From a virus: a stretch of DNA of 64,000 nucleotides. A model generated the notes under the pieces. That model worked only from the letters and a program-made list of their open reading frames with translations. It had not been told where the DNA came from and ran no database searches. The stretch is from positions 20,524 through 84,523 of IMG/VR virus record IMGVR_UViG_3300018077_000007. One strand, written 5' to 3'. The translations under genes and the position numbers were made by a program. Positions 1 through 9,458 of the stretch are shown in pieces (the stretch's first letter is position 1; every line of letters starts with the position of its first letter).

Positions 1-225
1 GACGCTGGCGCCGGCGGGAACCTCGCCTGGGCCTCCAACATGTTCCTGGCGCGGCAGGCTCTCTGCTTTGCGTGGGGGGCGCCGCCCGAGGCGTGGGAGC
101 AGCTCTTCGACTACGGGGCGCAGCCGGGCTTCTGTATCGGGGCCATCTGGGGGGCGAAGAAGTCGGTCTATGCCGGGGTCGATCACGGGTACATAGAATT
201 AAGAACAACAAGAACGAATTTATAG
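1..225 (+). CDS. Major capsid protein, C-terminal fragment (N4-gp56/DUF4043 type)
   Basis: Frame 1 reads ...MFLARQALCFAWG..WEQLFDYG...IGAIWGAKKSVY..DHGYI, matching the C-terminal pattern I recall for this capsid family; truncated by the window edge. Confidence 0.8.
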   Translation, partial: DAGAGGNLAWASNMFLARQALCFAWGAPPEAWEQLFDYGAQPGFCIGAIWGAKKSVYAGVDHGYIELRTTRTNL

Positions 226-245
226 TTCAACGAAATCAGATAGTT

Positions 246-902
246 ATGGTGACAGTGGAAACCGGGCTTGACATGATGGAACCAACCGGAATCGGTGGTC
301 AGGTCGTGCAGTTACAGAAGAAGTGCGGCCATTGTCGTGTGGTCAAGCCGATGGCGGATTTCCACCGAAGCCGGAACAGATCGGACGGGAGGCAGGGGTG
401 GTGCCGCACGTGTGGCCTTGCCTCTAAGGCCTCTCGCCGGGTACGAAAACGCCCGCTTGCTCCGCCGGGTTTGAAGCGGTGTGCGACGTGCGGAGAAACC
501 AAGCCGGTCAGTGACTTTCGCCAACGGGTAGATGGACAACGATATGACGGCTCACATGGTGGACTCGGCCTGTATGCCTATTGCCGTCCCTGCGAACGGG
601 CTTACAACAATGAGCGGGCTCGGGAGTTCAGCCGGACCGATCAGGGCAGGGTTGCTCGGCGCGAGAAGGTGCGGCGCGATTGTCGTGACGGGAAATATCA
701 AGCCCGCCTCTTCGTGGCCATGTCTCTCAAGTATGGCTATCTCACGAAAGGCCCTTGTGAGGTCTGCGGCAGCGCCCGGGTTCACGCCCACCACACTGAC
801 TACAGTGACCCACTCAACGTTCGATGGCTTTGCCCGACCCATCACGGGCAGCTTCACACGGGCACCTTCACCATCACGGCACACAAGGAGACGGTCGGAT
901 GA
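246..902 (+). CDS. Free-standing HNH homing endonuclease with zinc-finger repeats
   Basis: Two CxxC...CxxC modules (KKCGHC, KRCATCGETK) and C-terminal CEVCG..HAHHTDY.DPLNVRWLCPTHH; start codon uncertain. Confidence 0.8.
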   Translation: MVTVETGLDMMEPTGIGGQVVQLQKKCGHCRVVKPMADFHRSRNRSDGRQGWCRTCGLASKASRRVRKRPLAPPGLKRCATCGETKPVSDFRQRVDGQRYDGSHGGLGLYAYCRPCERAYNNERAREFSRTDQGRVARREKVRRDCRDGKYQARLFVAMSLKYGYLTKGPCEVCGSARVHAHHTDYSDPLNVRWLCPTHHGQLHTGTFTITAHKETVG

Positions 903-1855
903 AAAGATTCGCCATGACGCATCGACGGGTTTCGCGCAGTCTCGCGGCGGCCCTCGCCGCCGTCCTGCTCCTCGGGCCGGGGTGGTTCGGGTCCCTCGGG
1001 CTCACCCAGGTCCAGGCCCAAACGCAACGCTACTGGTGGTCGGTCGTGAACGAGCGCGGGGAGGTCTACCCGCAGGGGGCCGTCACGTGCTCGGTCCACC
1101 CGCATAACATCGCCTCCGAGGGCACCCACGTCTATTCCACGATGGGGAGCCCCGGCAGCGGGACCACGAGCCCGCTCGTCAGCAATGCCCAGGGGGTCTT
1201 TGAGTTCTTCTGGACCTCGGCCTCGGCCAGCTTTGATGTCGTGTGCGTCGGGCGGGGTGGCATGACGCGGCAGAAAATGACGGACAACACGATTCATCTC
1301 CTGATGATGGATCGCTCTGGGGTCCGTCGCGTGTCCCGCTTCGCCTTCCACAACGCGGCCGGGACCGGGAACGCAGGCCAGATCGGAACCGACGTGGTGA
1401 TCCCGCAGGGCGGTGTCATCCGCGATGTCATCGTGAACGTGACCTCGTGGGGGCGCGGCATCTCGCAGCATCTCAACATCGGGTTTGCAGGCAACCACGC
1501 GGTCTCGACCATGACCGCCCTTGCCGACGGGCTCAACCTCAGTAGCCACGGCGTGGGGTGGATTCGGCCCCATGCCATCGCGACGGCGGGATTTGGCAAC
1601 GTGTTGGCCGGCAACCACCGCGGCGGGGCACTCTCGCGGTTCCACCAATCCATCTGTTTCGGTGGCGTGTGTAGCGGCATCACCACGGCCGGCGGCATTT
1701 CACTCTATCTGGAAACGCCGTACCTCGTCCATCTCGCCGGTGGCCTTCAGGTGACCTATCAGATTTCGCTGAACCCCGACACCATCGCGGGCCACGCCTA
1801 CATCTTGTGGGATCAGCTTCATATCGGGGCGAACCGCTGGAGCACGGTGGACTAG
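899..1855 (+). CDS. Signal-peptide-bearing virion-module protein
   Basis: AAGGAG RBS, ATG at 899 overlapping the HNH stop; basic then hydrophobic N-terminus ending VQA|Q; Gly/His-rich. Confidence 0.7.
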   Translation: MKRFAMTHRRVSRSLAAALAAVLLLGPGWFGSLGLTQVQAQTQRYWWSVVNERGEVYPQGAVTCSVHPHNIASEGTHVYSTMGSPGSGTTSPLVSNAQGVFEFFWTSASASFDVVCVGRGGMTRQKMTDNTIHLLMMDRSGVRRVSRFAFHNAAGTGNAGQIGTDVVIPQGGVIRDVIVNVTSWGRGISQHLNIGFAGNHAVSTMTALADGLNLSSHGVGWIRPHAIATAGFGNVLAGNHRGGALSRFHQSICFGGVCSGITTAGGISLYLETPYLVHLAGGLQVTYQISLNPDTIAGHAYILWDQLHIGANRWSTVD

Positions 1856-1946
1856 CCCCGAAGCATAGCGAGTCCGGTGCGAGCACACCGCAGAGGCGGG
1901 TCGGGGGAGAGGCCCCCGGCCCGTCTTGGGTGATTGAGGAGGGACG

Positions 1947-3464
1947 ATGCGCGAAGCGTGGACACTGGCCCCCCGATGGGTGCTGAGTCTCACCGAGCGG
2001 CATGTGGCGCTCGGGGTCTGGATGGCCCTCGGGGTGCTGGTGGTCGTGCCGTTCCCGGTGCACAACTGGCCGATGGTGGAGCGGGCGGTCCCGATCATGT
2101 GGCTCCTCCTGGGCGGAGCTGTCTGTCTCTGCGCCAAGCTCGCCCTGCCGACGGTGCCCGGCCTGCATCGGGTGGCGTGGCCCTTGGCGGCATTGATCGC
2201 GTGGGCCTTGATCCGGGCGGGGATGATGGCGTTTCCGCTCCGGGCGTTGCAACTGCTCCTCCTGCTGGGCATGGCCGGGATGCTGTCAATGGCGGCCCGC
2301 ACGCTTGATCCACGAGAGGTCCGGTGGGTGGCGTGGGCGATGTTCGCGGGCATCGCGTATGAGGCCATCCTGGGCCTCGTGAATATCACGCCACTCCTCT
2401 CGCCGCTGTGGCGGATGGCGCTGCTCGGGGTGTGGGCACCGTTCATCTGGGCGGGCCTCGTCATCCTCATGGTGGTCAGCGTGGTCCGGTCTGGATGGCC
2501 GCCGAGTCGATTCCACCTGGCGGGCCTCTGGGCGGGGGCGGTCGGCGTCGGCCTGTGGTGGATCGTGCGAGACGTGACCGTGATGGCTGGCCCCTACCCC
2601 TACATGACGTTCGTGGAGCCCGCGTACTTCGGCAAACCGATGGGCTTTCTCACACACACCAACTATTTTGGCTCCCTGATGGCCCTCGGCCTGCCGCTGG
2701 TCTGGTCGCTGGTGGGGCTCCTCCCAGCAGCCGCTCTCTATGCCCTCATCATCACGTCCTGGTCCGGAGGGCCGATCATTTCGGCCTCGGTTGGGGCCAT
2801 CCTGATGGCGTGGCCGAGTCTGTCGCGTCGGTGGCGGGCGGTCCTGGTCGGCGTCTGCGTGGCCTCCGTCGGGTGGGTGATGACGGTCCATGAGTGGCGG
2901 CTTTCGGGGCGCTGGCAGGTGTGGCAGGCGATCTGGCCCGAGGTGAAACGGTATCCCCTGATCGGGCAGGGGCTCGGGTCCTGGCGCATCTGGGCCGACA
3001 ACTACAACGTCAAACTCTCGGTCGCGGCCAACAAGCCCGTCGTGTTCGCCACTCTCCAAGCCCACAACGAAGCCTACCAACTCTGGTTCGAGCTGGGGCT
3101 GATCGGGCTCGGGTTGGGCCTCGCGTGGGTGCTCTGGCTTGGGCGCGATGCGTGGCGGCTCTGGTGGGCCTGCCCAGCGGGCACCCCAGAGTTTTGGTCC
3201 CCGGGGCACGTCCCGCTCGACCGGGCCTGGATCGCCATGATCGCGGTGGCGGTGGTCAACTCGTTCGGGAGCCCGATCTTTCACCTGCCCGGGCAAACCG
3301 TTTTTGTGCTGTTTGCGATGGCCCAAATGCAGGCGTCAACGGCGCGGCTTGCAGCGCTGACGCCAGACCCAGGATCCGACAACGGCACGGGATCGTCCCG
3401 CGCCCAACGGAGGCACGTCCATGGCACCCATCCCCGAAGACATCGCCCAGTCGTTGCCGCTTAA
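1947..3464 (+). CDS. O-antigen ligase / O-oligosaccharyltransferase family (Wzy_C) membrane protein
   Basis: About 12 hydrophobic segments; motifs GFLTHTNYFG, SGRWQVW, PLIGQGLGSW, QAHNEAYQLWFELGLIGL. Confidence 0.85.
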   Translation: MREAWTLAPRWVLSLTERHVALGVWMALGVLVVVPFPVHNWPMVERAVPIMWLLLGGAVCLCAKLALPTVPGLHRVAWPLAALIAWALIRAGMMAFPLRALQLLLLLGMAGMLSMAARTLDPREVRWVAWAMFAGIAYEAILGLVNITPLLSPLWRMALLGVWAPFIWAGLVILMVVSVVRSGWPPSRFHLAGLWAGAVGVGLWWIVRDVTVMAGPYPYMTFVEPAYFGKPMGFLTHTNYFGSLMALGLPLVWSLVGLLPAAALYALIITSWSGGPIISASVGAILMAWPSLSRRWRAVLVGVCVASVGWVMTVHEWRLSGRWQVWQAIWPEVKRYPLIGQGLGSWRIWADNYNVKLSVAANKPVVFATLQAHNEAYQLWFELGLIGLGLGLAWVLWLGRDAWRLWWACPAGTPEFWSPGHVPLDRAWIAMIAVAVVNSFGSPIFHLPGQTVFVLFAMAQMQASTARLAALTPDPGSDNGTGSSRAQRRHVHGTHPRRHRPVVAA

Positions 3465-4062
3465 GCGCGGGCCGGGGCGCCCCGCCCGCCCGGTCCAGTC
3501 CGGTCCGCCTCCCGAGGAGGCGGACGGCCCCGCCGTGGCCGTCGCGGTGGCCCCCGTCGGGGTGGACCTAAGCGGGTTCGTCTCCATCGAGCAGCAGATC
3601 CTCGCCCCGGTCCTGCCGGTCATCACGGATGCCAAGGGCCAGGGGGCCATTGTGGTGTATCTCGGGGCGGGGGATCGGTACTCTTGCGCCAAGCCCGGCA
3701 AGGTCGTGCGCGAGTCCTATGAAATCGCCCCCAACGAGTTTGAGATCCACTATTCCGTGTCCGAAGCCGGCATGGAAGCCCATGTGTTCGAGAGCCGGGA
3801 TCTGGTGGGACACATCGTCTCCTCCCGGATCGTGGGCAGTACGGCGCCCCCGGCCGTCCAGGGACGCCCCTTTTGCCGATGCGCCCATCCCGAACACCTC
3901 CGGCTGTTCATGCGGGAGGTCGATGAGGCGAAGCGGCACCTTTTTCGCCTCTTCATCCCGCCCGAGGCGAACGCGGCCTTTACCCGGTACGTCCAGGAAC
4001 GGGAGCGGAACATGCGGGAGCAGCAACAGTTCGAGGAGGATCTGATCCGCAACGCTTCGTAG
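3421..4062 (+). CDS. Hypothetical protein
   Basis: GGAGG RBS, 213-aa ORF, operon context. Confidence 0.7.
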   Translation: MAPIPEDIAQSLPLKRGPGRPARPVQSGPPPEEADGPAVAVAVAPVGVDLSGFVSIEQQILAPVLPVITDAKGQGAIVVYLGAGDRYSCAKPGKVVRESYEIAPNEFEIHYSVSEAGMEAHVFESRDLVGHIVSSRIVGSTAPPAVQGRPFCRCAHPEHLRLFMREVDEAKRHLFRLFIPPEANAAFTRYVQERERNMREQQQFEEDLIRNAS

Positions 4063-4103
4063 TCACCTCTGCCCCCCGGGGCAGAACGAAAGGAGTCCAT
4101 CCC

Positions 4104-4382
4104 ATGAGTGACGGGCGGTCAGTGCCTGAGAAGATTGACGGGAGCCCCTTCGTCCCGAAGGGCGACTTCGAGAACCTGAATGAAGGCCCCCCCACCGGCC
4201 CGGGGGATTTGCCCGAAGCCGAAGCCGCCGGCAAGGCGTTCGGCGGTCTGAAGCGCGGCCCGACCTATTCGACCGTGACGGGGCCGGCGAAGGTCCCGAT
4301 GCTGAAAGAGGTCGATAACCCGACTGACCTTCGGGGGTTGGAGAGCTATCCGATCACGTCGAAGGGCGGCGAGAAAGACTGA
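4104..4382 (+). CDS. Hypothetical protein
   Basis: AAGGAG RBS, 92 aa. Confidence 0.65.
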   Translation: MSDGRSVPEKIDGSPFVPKGDFENLNEGPPTGPGDLPEAEAAGKAFGGLKRGPTYSTVTGPAKVPMLKEVDNPTDLRGLESYPITSKGGEKD

Positions 4383-4394
4383 TCCAGAGGCTCC

Positions 4395-4751
4395 ATGCGG
4401 CGGCCCTGGCCCGGGTTCCTCGTGGGGGGGTGCGTGACCGTGGTGCTGGTGGCCACGGCCCTCGCCCAAGGGTTGCCGACGCGCCGGACGGCGACCTGGC
4501 GAGTGATCTGTACCGCCACGACCAGCCATGCCGTGGCCAGCCGGGATCGCCCCCGGGCCGTGACGTTCGGCAACATGGGGACGATCACCCTCTATCTCGG
4601 CAGTTCGGATGACGCCGTCCCCCGGATCACGCTTCATGCCGGGGCCACGCGGGCCTACACCAACACCTTTGCCGGGTTCGTGTGTGGCACGGCGGGCGAG
4701 TACGGCGGCACGGGGTCTACCACCTTGGAGGTCGAAGAGGAGCTCCCTTGA
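4395..4751 (+). CDS. Signal-peptide-bearing protein
   Basis: MRRPW, hydrophobic stretch, ALA|Q. Confidence 0.65.
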   Translation: MRRPWPGFLVGGCVTVVLVATALAQGLPTRRTATWRVICTATTSHAVASRDRPRAVTFGNMGTITLYLGSSDDAVPRITLHAGATRAYTNTFAGFVCGTAGEYGGTGSTTLEVEEELP

Positions 4752-5641
4752 AGAAGTTCCCCTGGAGGCTTGTGGTGGCGGTCCTCGGGGCTGCGGGCCT
4801 CCTCCTGGGAGCCACGGTCACGTACTCCCCGTATCGCCCGACCGGGCCGGTAGTCTTCCAGCCCGGCTCGGTCACGGTGCCGCAGGTGACCGGCACCACC
4901 GGCCTCTTCAGCGGCCTCTACTGGCCGCTTGCGAACCATCTCGGCGTCACAATCAGCGGCCATGAAGCCGTCCGGTTTCACGGGACGGCCCTGACGCTTC
5001 ACCACACCACGGCTCTCCGATTCACCCACTCTGAAGCCCAGATGCACGGGGGCCAGCGGAGCCACATCACGGCCCTCCGGATCAGCACCGTTGGGGCGGC
5101 GTCCAGCACCGATCCTGACGGGAACGACCAGCTCGTGGTGGGCCATGCCAGCACGGTGCTCCGGTTCGAGACCATTGGGGGGGAACTCTTCCGCCTCCAC
5201 GCAGGCGGACTCATGGCGGTGGCCAACGGCTCGTGGACGATCGGCACGTCCGCTGGCAGCCGCCCGAACGCCATCCATGTCCAAACCTCAATTGAGGCCC
5301 GCCAGTTCATCGCCCGGATTCACTCGACCACCATCGCCTCGGAGGGGACGGCGGCGGTCAATATTGAGCGGATTAACCCCTCTCGGGACTATATCGAGTT
5401 GACCTGTAACGATGCCAATGGGTGCACGATTGTCATGGTGATCGGGGCCGATGCGGATGGCGGCGGCCTAGTCGCGGGGACCCGCGTCACGTTCGCTAAC
5501 GCGGGATCGAATACCATCAACTTTTCTGATACAGCAGGCCGATCCGAACTGTCGGCAGCCTTGGCGGCGGCAGTGGATCAAACGATCACGCTGGTCTATT
5601 CCGGCGTGAAGTGGCGAGAAGTAGGGAGATCAAGCAATTGA
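4748..5641 (+). CDS. Signal-peptide-bearing fibre/decoration-like protein
   Basis: GAGGAG RBS, TTG start overlapping the previous stop; MKKFPWRLVVAVLGAAGLLLGA; His/Thr/Gly-rich beta-type sequence. Confidence 0.65.
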   Translation: MKKFPWRLVVAVLGAAGLLLGATVTYSPYRPTGPVVFQPGSVTVPQVTGTTGLFSGLYWPLANHLGVTISGHEAVRFHGTALTLHHTTALRFTHSEAQMHGGQRSHITALRISTVGAASSTDPDGNDQLVVGHASTVLRFETIGGELFRLHAGGLMAVANGSWTIGTSAGSRPNAIHVQTSIEARQFIARIHSTTIASEGTAAVNIERINPSRDYIELTCNDANGCTIVMVIGADADGGGLVAGTRVTFANAGSNTINFSDTAGRSELSAALAAAVDQTITLVYSGVKWREVGRSSN

Positions 5642-5663
5642 TCGCCACCCCCGCGCCCAAGCC

Positions 5664-6734
5664 ATGACGCGCCGATGGGGTTGCTCGGTCGCCCTCCTGA
5701 CCGCCGTGTTCCTGGCCGGCGTGCTCCTCGCCCAGTTGACGCCAGCCCCCGCGCAGGTCACGCCGGGGCGTCCGCAGGTCGTCAACGTCCAGCACATCAG
5801 CACGGTGGTCCACATTGCGGCAGCGGCAGCGCCGTGGCCGTTCTCAATGGCGATGGCCACGCGCTGTGTCAATACGGCGGGAACCGCGTTCGAGGCGTGC
5901 GGGGGAGGGGCCGGCGGTGGCGACGCCGTGAACGTGTTCCATCAATCGACCATTCGGCATATCTCCTCCATCACCCACGTCGGCGGCACGATCAGCCTCG
6001 TGAACCAAGCCGGGACGTATGCGACCTTCACCGGCACCACCCTCGACGTGACGTGTACGGGATGCGCGGCGGCCTCCGTCGTGGCGGTGTCGCATATCTC
6101 CGGAGCGGTCCATATCGGGGGGACCATCGGCGGTGCCCAGTTCCATATCCAAGGGCTTGGGACTCCCGGCCAGTCGCACGGCGGGGTGCTGTCCATTCAA
6201 GGCATTGGGGGCGGAAACCCCGTGCCGGTCATCGGGACCATCGGGCTCCCAGTGAATCAGCAGGGCGTGTGGAACATCCAGGCGACCCATCAAGGGGGCC
6301 AATGGAACATGGCTCACGTGACCTCCGTGACCCATGTGGCGGTCACCGCATTCGGATCAACGGCGGTCGATCCATGCATGGGGCGCTCGAAATCCTACGT
6401 CGGCATCAGCCAGACGGCGGGCACGCAATTGGTCACCGGGGTCGCCAACCAGCGGGTCTACGTTTGTTCACTCAACGTCGTGTCCGCCACCGCACAGAAT
6501 TTAGCGGTTGTGGCGGGGACGGGCGTGACCTGTGCGACCACGACCGTTGGGGTGCCGGGCCTAACGGGAGGGGCGACCGCCGCGACGGGATGGAATCTCG
6601 CGGCGAACGGCGGGTTGACGTTCGGGGCTGGAGCGGCCGCCATCGCGCAGACCACCGTCAATGGCGATTCGGTTTGTTTACTCCAGTCCGGGACCGGCCA
6701 AGTCTCGGGAGGTCTAAGTTATGTCACGCAATGA
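5664..6734 (+). CDS. Signal-peptide-bearing fibre-like protein with H-x5-H repeats
   Basis: N-terminal signal ending APA|Q; HISTVVH, HISSITH, HISGAVH, HVTSVTH repeats; G/T/A/V-rich. Confidence 0.7.
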   Translation: MTRRWGCSVALLTAVFLAGVLLAQLTPAPAQVTPGRPQVVNVQHISTVVHIAAAAAPWPFSMAMATRCVNTAGTAFEACGGGAGGGDAVNVFHQSTIRHISSITHVGGTISLVNQAGTYATFTGTTLDVTCTGCAAASVVAVSHISGAVHIGGTIGGAQFHIQGLGTPGQSHGGVLSIQGIGGGNPVPVIGTIGLPVNQQGVWNIQATHQGGQWNMAHVTSVTHVAVTAFGSTAVDPCMGRSKSYVGISQTAGTQLVTGVANQRVYVCSLNVVSATAQNLAVVAGTGVTCATTTVGVPGLTGGATAATGWNLAANGGLTFGAGAAAIAQTTVNGDSVCLLQSGTGQVSGGLSYVTQ

Positions 6735-7908
6735 GGACCACAGGGGACTCGTGGGCGTCTGGGGCCTGATCCTCTCTGCGGCTCTGCTCGTCGTGTTCTC
6801 TGCCCCGGCAGGGGCGCGCCCCATCCTCCCCGTGGCCACCTATCCTGCCGGGACACAGGCATTTGGCCCGCTCATGCTTCCGGCCACCGTGCACGATCTC
6901 GCCTTCGAGGTTGATGTCAGCGCGCACACGGATCCTGCTGCGGACCTGGTCGTCTCGGTGGACCTCTCCCGCGATGGGGGGACCACCTGGCAATTCTGGA
7001 AGGGGGTCTCTCGCCGTGGGGGAATCAAACGGCATCCCGACACGGGGCTGCCGGTCCCCCTGATGACCTCGCGCCACTGGCTCCCGCCGGGACCGACGTG
7101 GGTCCGGGGCACCGTGACGGTAACGCACCCCCTGCAATTCGCCCTGGATCTGGAAACCGCGCAGAACGACGCCGACCCGCGCCTCCGGCCCACGGTCGCG
7201 GCTCCGGATGAGCATCGGTCCCTCTCGTTCGATACCTCGACCAACGGGGGCAACAACAACAATGTCACGAGCATCTCGTGGTCTCATACGACGGCGGCCA
7301 CGGCGAAGGCCCTCGCGGTCTTCGGGTTCGTGGCGGATGGCACCGACGGCTCCCGCGACATCAGCAACGTCACCTATGCGGCGGTGGCGATCACCAGCCT
7401 CATTGTGGACATCGACAACTCGGTGGGCAACATCGAGATGGAAGTGTGGTATCAGCTCTCCCCGACGACCGGCGCCCAGACCGTGGCCATCACGGGGAAC
7501 GGCGGGGCTGGCTCGGCGGACGAGTTGACGGGGGTGGCCGTCACGCTCATTGACGATGTGGGCGCGCCCACGCTAGACACGAGCGGGAGCGGAACCGGCA
7601 ACGCGGACACTGGGAGTCAGTCCCTGACGATTGCGGACAATGCCTTCATGGTTGCGGGGATCATCACGGATCTCGCCAACCCGCTCAACCTGTCGGTGAC
7701 CGTTGGGACCGAGCGGCAAGAACTGGACGTGGGCGGGCAAACGGTTGGCGGCGCGACCCGAGGCCCGCTGACCCCAGCCGGTGCCTACGCCATCACATGG
7801 GGCATCTCGGGGAATGCCGAGTTCGCCATCGGCGCGCTCTCGTTTGCCCCGGCGGTGGCGGGAGGGGCGGCGGTCCCGCTCCGGACCCTGATGGGCGTCG
7901 GGCAATAG
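6721..7908 (+). CDS. Signal-peptide-bearing virion/adhesin-like protein
   Basis: Hydrophobic N-terminus ending AGA|R; beta-rich TSISWSHT-type domain; C-terminal LRTLMGVGQ. Confidence 0.7.
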   Translation: MSRNEDHRGLVGVWGLILSAALLVVFSAPAGARPILPVATYPAGTQAFGPLMLPATVHDLAFEVDVSAHTDPAADLVVSVDLSRDGGTTWQFWKGVSRRGGIKRHPDTGLPVPLMTSRHWLPPGPTWVRGTVTVTHPLQFALDLETAQNDADPRLRPTVAAPDEHRSLSFDTSTNGGNNNNVTSISWSHTTAATAKALAVFGFVADGTDGSRDISNVTYAAVAITSLIVDIDNSVGNIEMEVWYQLSPTTGAQTVAITGNGGAGSADELTGVAVTLIDDVGAPTLDTSGSGTGNADTGSQSLTIADNAFMVAGIITDLANPLNLSVTVGTERQELDVGGQTVGGATRGPLTPAGAYAITWGISGNAEFAIGALSFAPAVAGGAAVPLRTLMGVGQ

Positions 7909-7912
7909 CGCC

Positions 7913-8194
7913 ATGTTCCCTGATCTGCACCCGTTCAGCTACGTGGAGGTGACGGTTTCGACCGACGTGGTGAGCCTGTCCGTCCCGGCGGAGACCTGCT
8001 TTGCCGTGCTCCGATTCGAGGATGGGCCGGTGCGGTATCGCGTGGATGGGGGCGCCCCCTCCACCACCGTTGGGTTGCCGGGCGAGCACGGCGATCAGCT
8101 GCCGCTCTGGTATCAATCGGTCGCCCAATTCCGCGTGATTCGGAGCGGCGGGGCGGATGGCGTGGTTCGGGCGACGTTTTATCGGAAGCGGTAA
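7913..8194 (+). CDS. Hypothetical virion-module protein
   Basis: 93 aa, VRYRVDGGAP motif, contiguous operon. Confidence 0.65.
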   Translation: MFPDLHPFSYVEVTVSTDVVSLSVPAETCFAVLRFEDGPVRYRVDGGAPSTTVGLPGEHGDQLPLWYQSVAQFRVIRSGGADGVVRATFYRKR

Positions 8195-8210
8195 CCCGGA
8201 GGAGGAGGGG

Positions 8211-8456
8211 ATGCCCATTGATCCCGTGTGGGTGGTAAGTGGCCTCTTGGCGATCATTGGGGCCGTGCTGGGGTTGTCGGTGAAGATCATTTTGCAGAAC
8301 CTCCAGCGACAGCACCAGGAGAACCTTGAGCAGTTCAAGACGATTTCGGCCGAGATCCATACGCTCAATACCCTGTTCCTGGACCATATCCGGGACCATG
8401 CGACGGGGGCGTTTCAGGCCCGCGCCCGCCAAGGAGGGGAGCCGTGGAAACCATAA
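8211..8456 (+). CDS. Small single-TM protein
   Basis: GGAGGAGG RBS; one TM helix then coiled coil. Confidence 0.65.
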   Translation: MPIDPVWVVSGLLAIIGAVLGLSVKIILQNLQRQHQENLEQFKTISAEIHTLNTLFLDHIRDHATGAFQARARQGGEPWKP

Positions 8457-8809
8457 GTGCCGACTGGTCGCGGATTGACGGGGGCCTCATCTATACCTGG
8501 GTGCTCACGCCTGGGCATCCGGCGCAGCCGGTCTGGGCGGGGGCCACGCCGATCCGCCTGGTGCAGGCGAGCGGCTATTTTGGGGGCGCGCGGGTCGGCC
8601 TCGTGGGTAGCCTCTTGATTGACGGCCCGTTTCATCCGATCCCGACGGCTGACGGCGGCGGGCCGTTTCTGGTGACGCGGTCGGGCGGCGCGGCCCTCAG
8701 CCTCGTGGGCCTGTGGCTCCGCCCAGAACTCGTCGGCGGCGATACGACAACGGCGGTGACCGTGATGGTCGCCTTGCTGAATCCTGGCCATCAACGGCCG
8801 ATGGATTGA
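8444..8809 (+). CDS. Hypothetical protein
   Basis: AAGGAGG RBS, GTG start. Confidence 0.6.
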   Translation: METISADWSRIDGGLIYTWVLTPGHPAQPVWAGATPIRLVQASGYFGGARVGLVGSLLIDGPFHPIPTADGGGPFLVTRSGGAALSLVGLWLRPELVGGDTTTAVTVMVALLNPGHQRPMD

Positions 8810-8823
8810 CAGGAGCTATGCGC

Positions 8824-9450
8824 ATGGCACCAACGCCCTCCACCCCCGACGCGATTCACATCGCCGCCGAGCAACTGCGGGTCGTCAAGCATCGGTTCCT
8901 CCTGCCGTGGCTGGAAATGTCGGACGCCCTGGATGCGGCGTCGGAGACGATTCTCGCCATTGGCGAAGCCGAACAGCGGCGGGCGCGGCTTCAGGAAGAA
9001 CTGGCGGCCCTCGGGGCCGACGTGGCCACTCGGCGGGCCGAGACGACCGACGCGCTGATCGCTCTGACGGTGGAACACGACACGGCCCTGGCGACGCTGG
9101 GCGCGACCTACGCCGCCAAGCACGCCACGCTGGAACAGGACTTTGCGAGGACCGTCAGCCAGCGACAGGCCACGCTGGCGGCCACGCTGGAGGAGACGTC
9201 GCGGCAGATCACGGAGGCCACCACACACCTGACCGAGGTGCGCCGCGAGCAGGCCGAGGCCCTGAAGGCGCATCAGCACACGCTCAAGGTCTCGGCCGAG
9301 CGGGCGGACCAGCACCTCCAGGAGGTCCTCACGCGCACCGTGGCGGCCGACAAAGAGCTGCGCCGGCTGGATGCTCGCGTGCGGGAACTCCGCAGTGAGG
9401 CGCAGCGGGAAGCGACCCGGCTCCGGGAATTGGCGGATCGGGCGGGGTGA
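8824..9450 (+). CDS. Coiled-coil protein
   Basis: AGGAG RBS; long heptad-rich helix. Confidence 0.7.
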   Translation: MAPTPSTPDAIHIAAEQLRVVKHRFLLPWLEMSDALDAASETILAIGEAEQRRARLQEELAALGADVATRRAETTDALIALTVEHDTALATLGATYAAKHATLEQDFARTVSQRQATLAATLEETSRQITEATTHLTEVRREQAEALKAHQHTLKVSAERADQHLQEVLTRTVAADKELRRLDARVRELRSEAQREATRLRELADRAG

Positions 9451-9458
9451 GATAAGCC

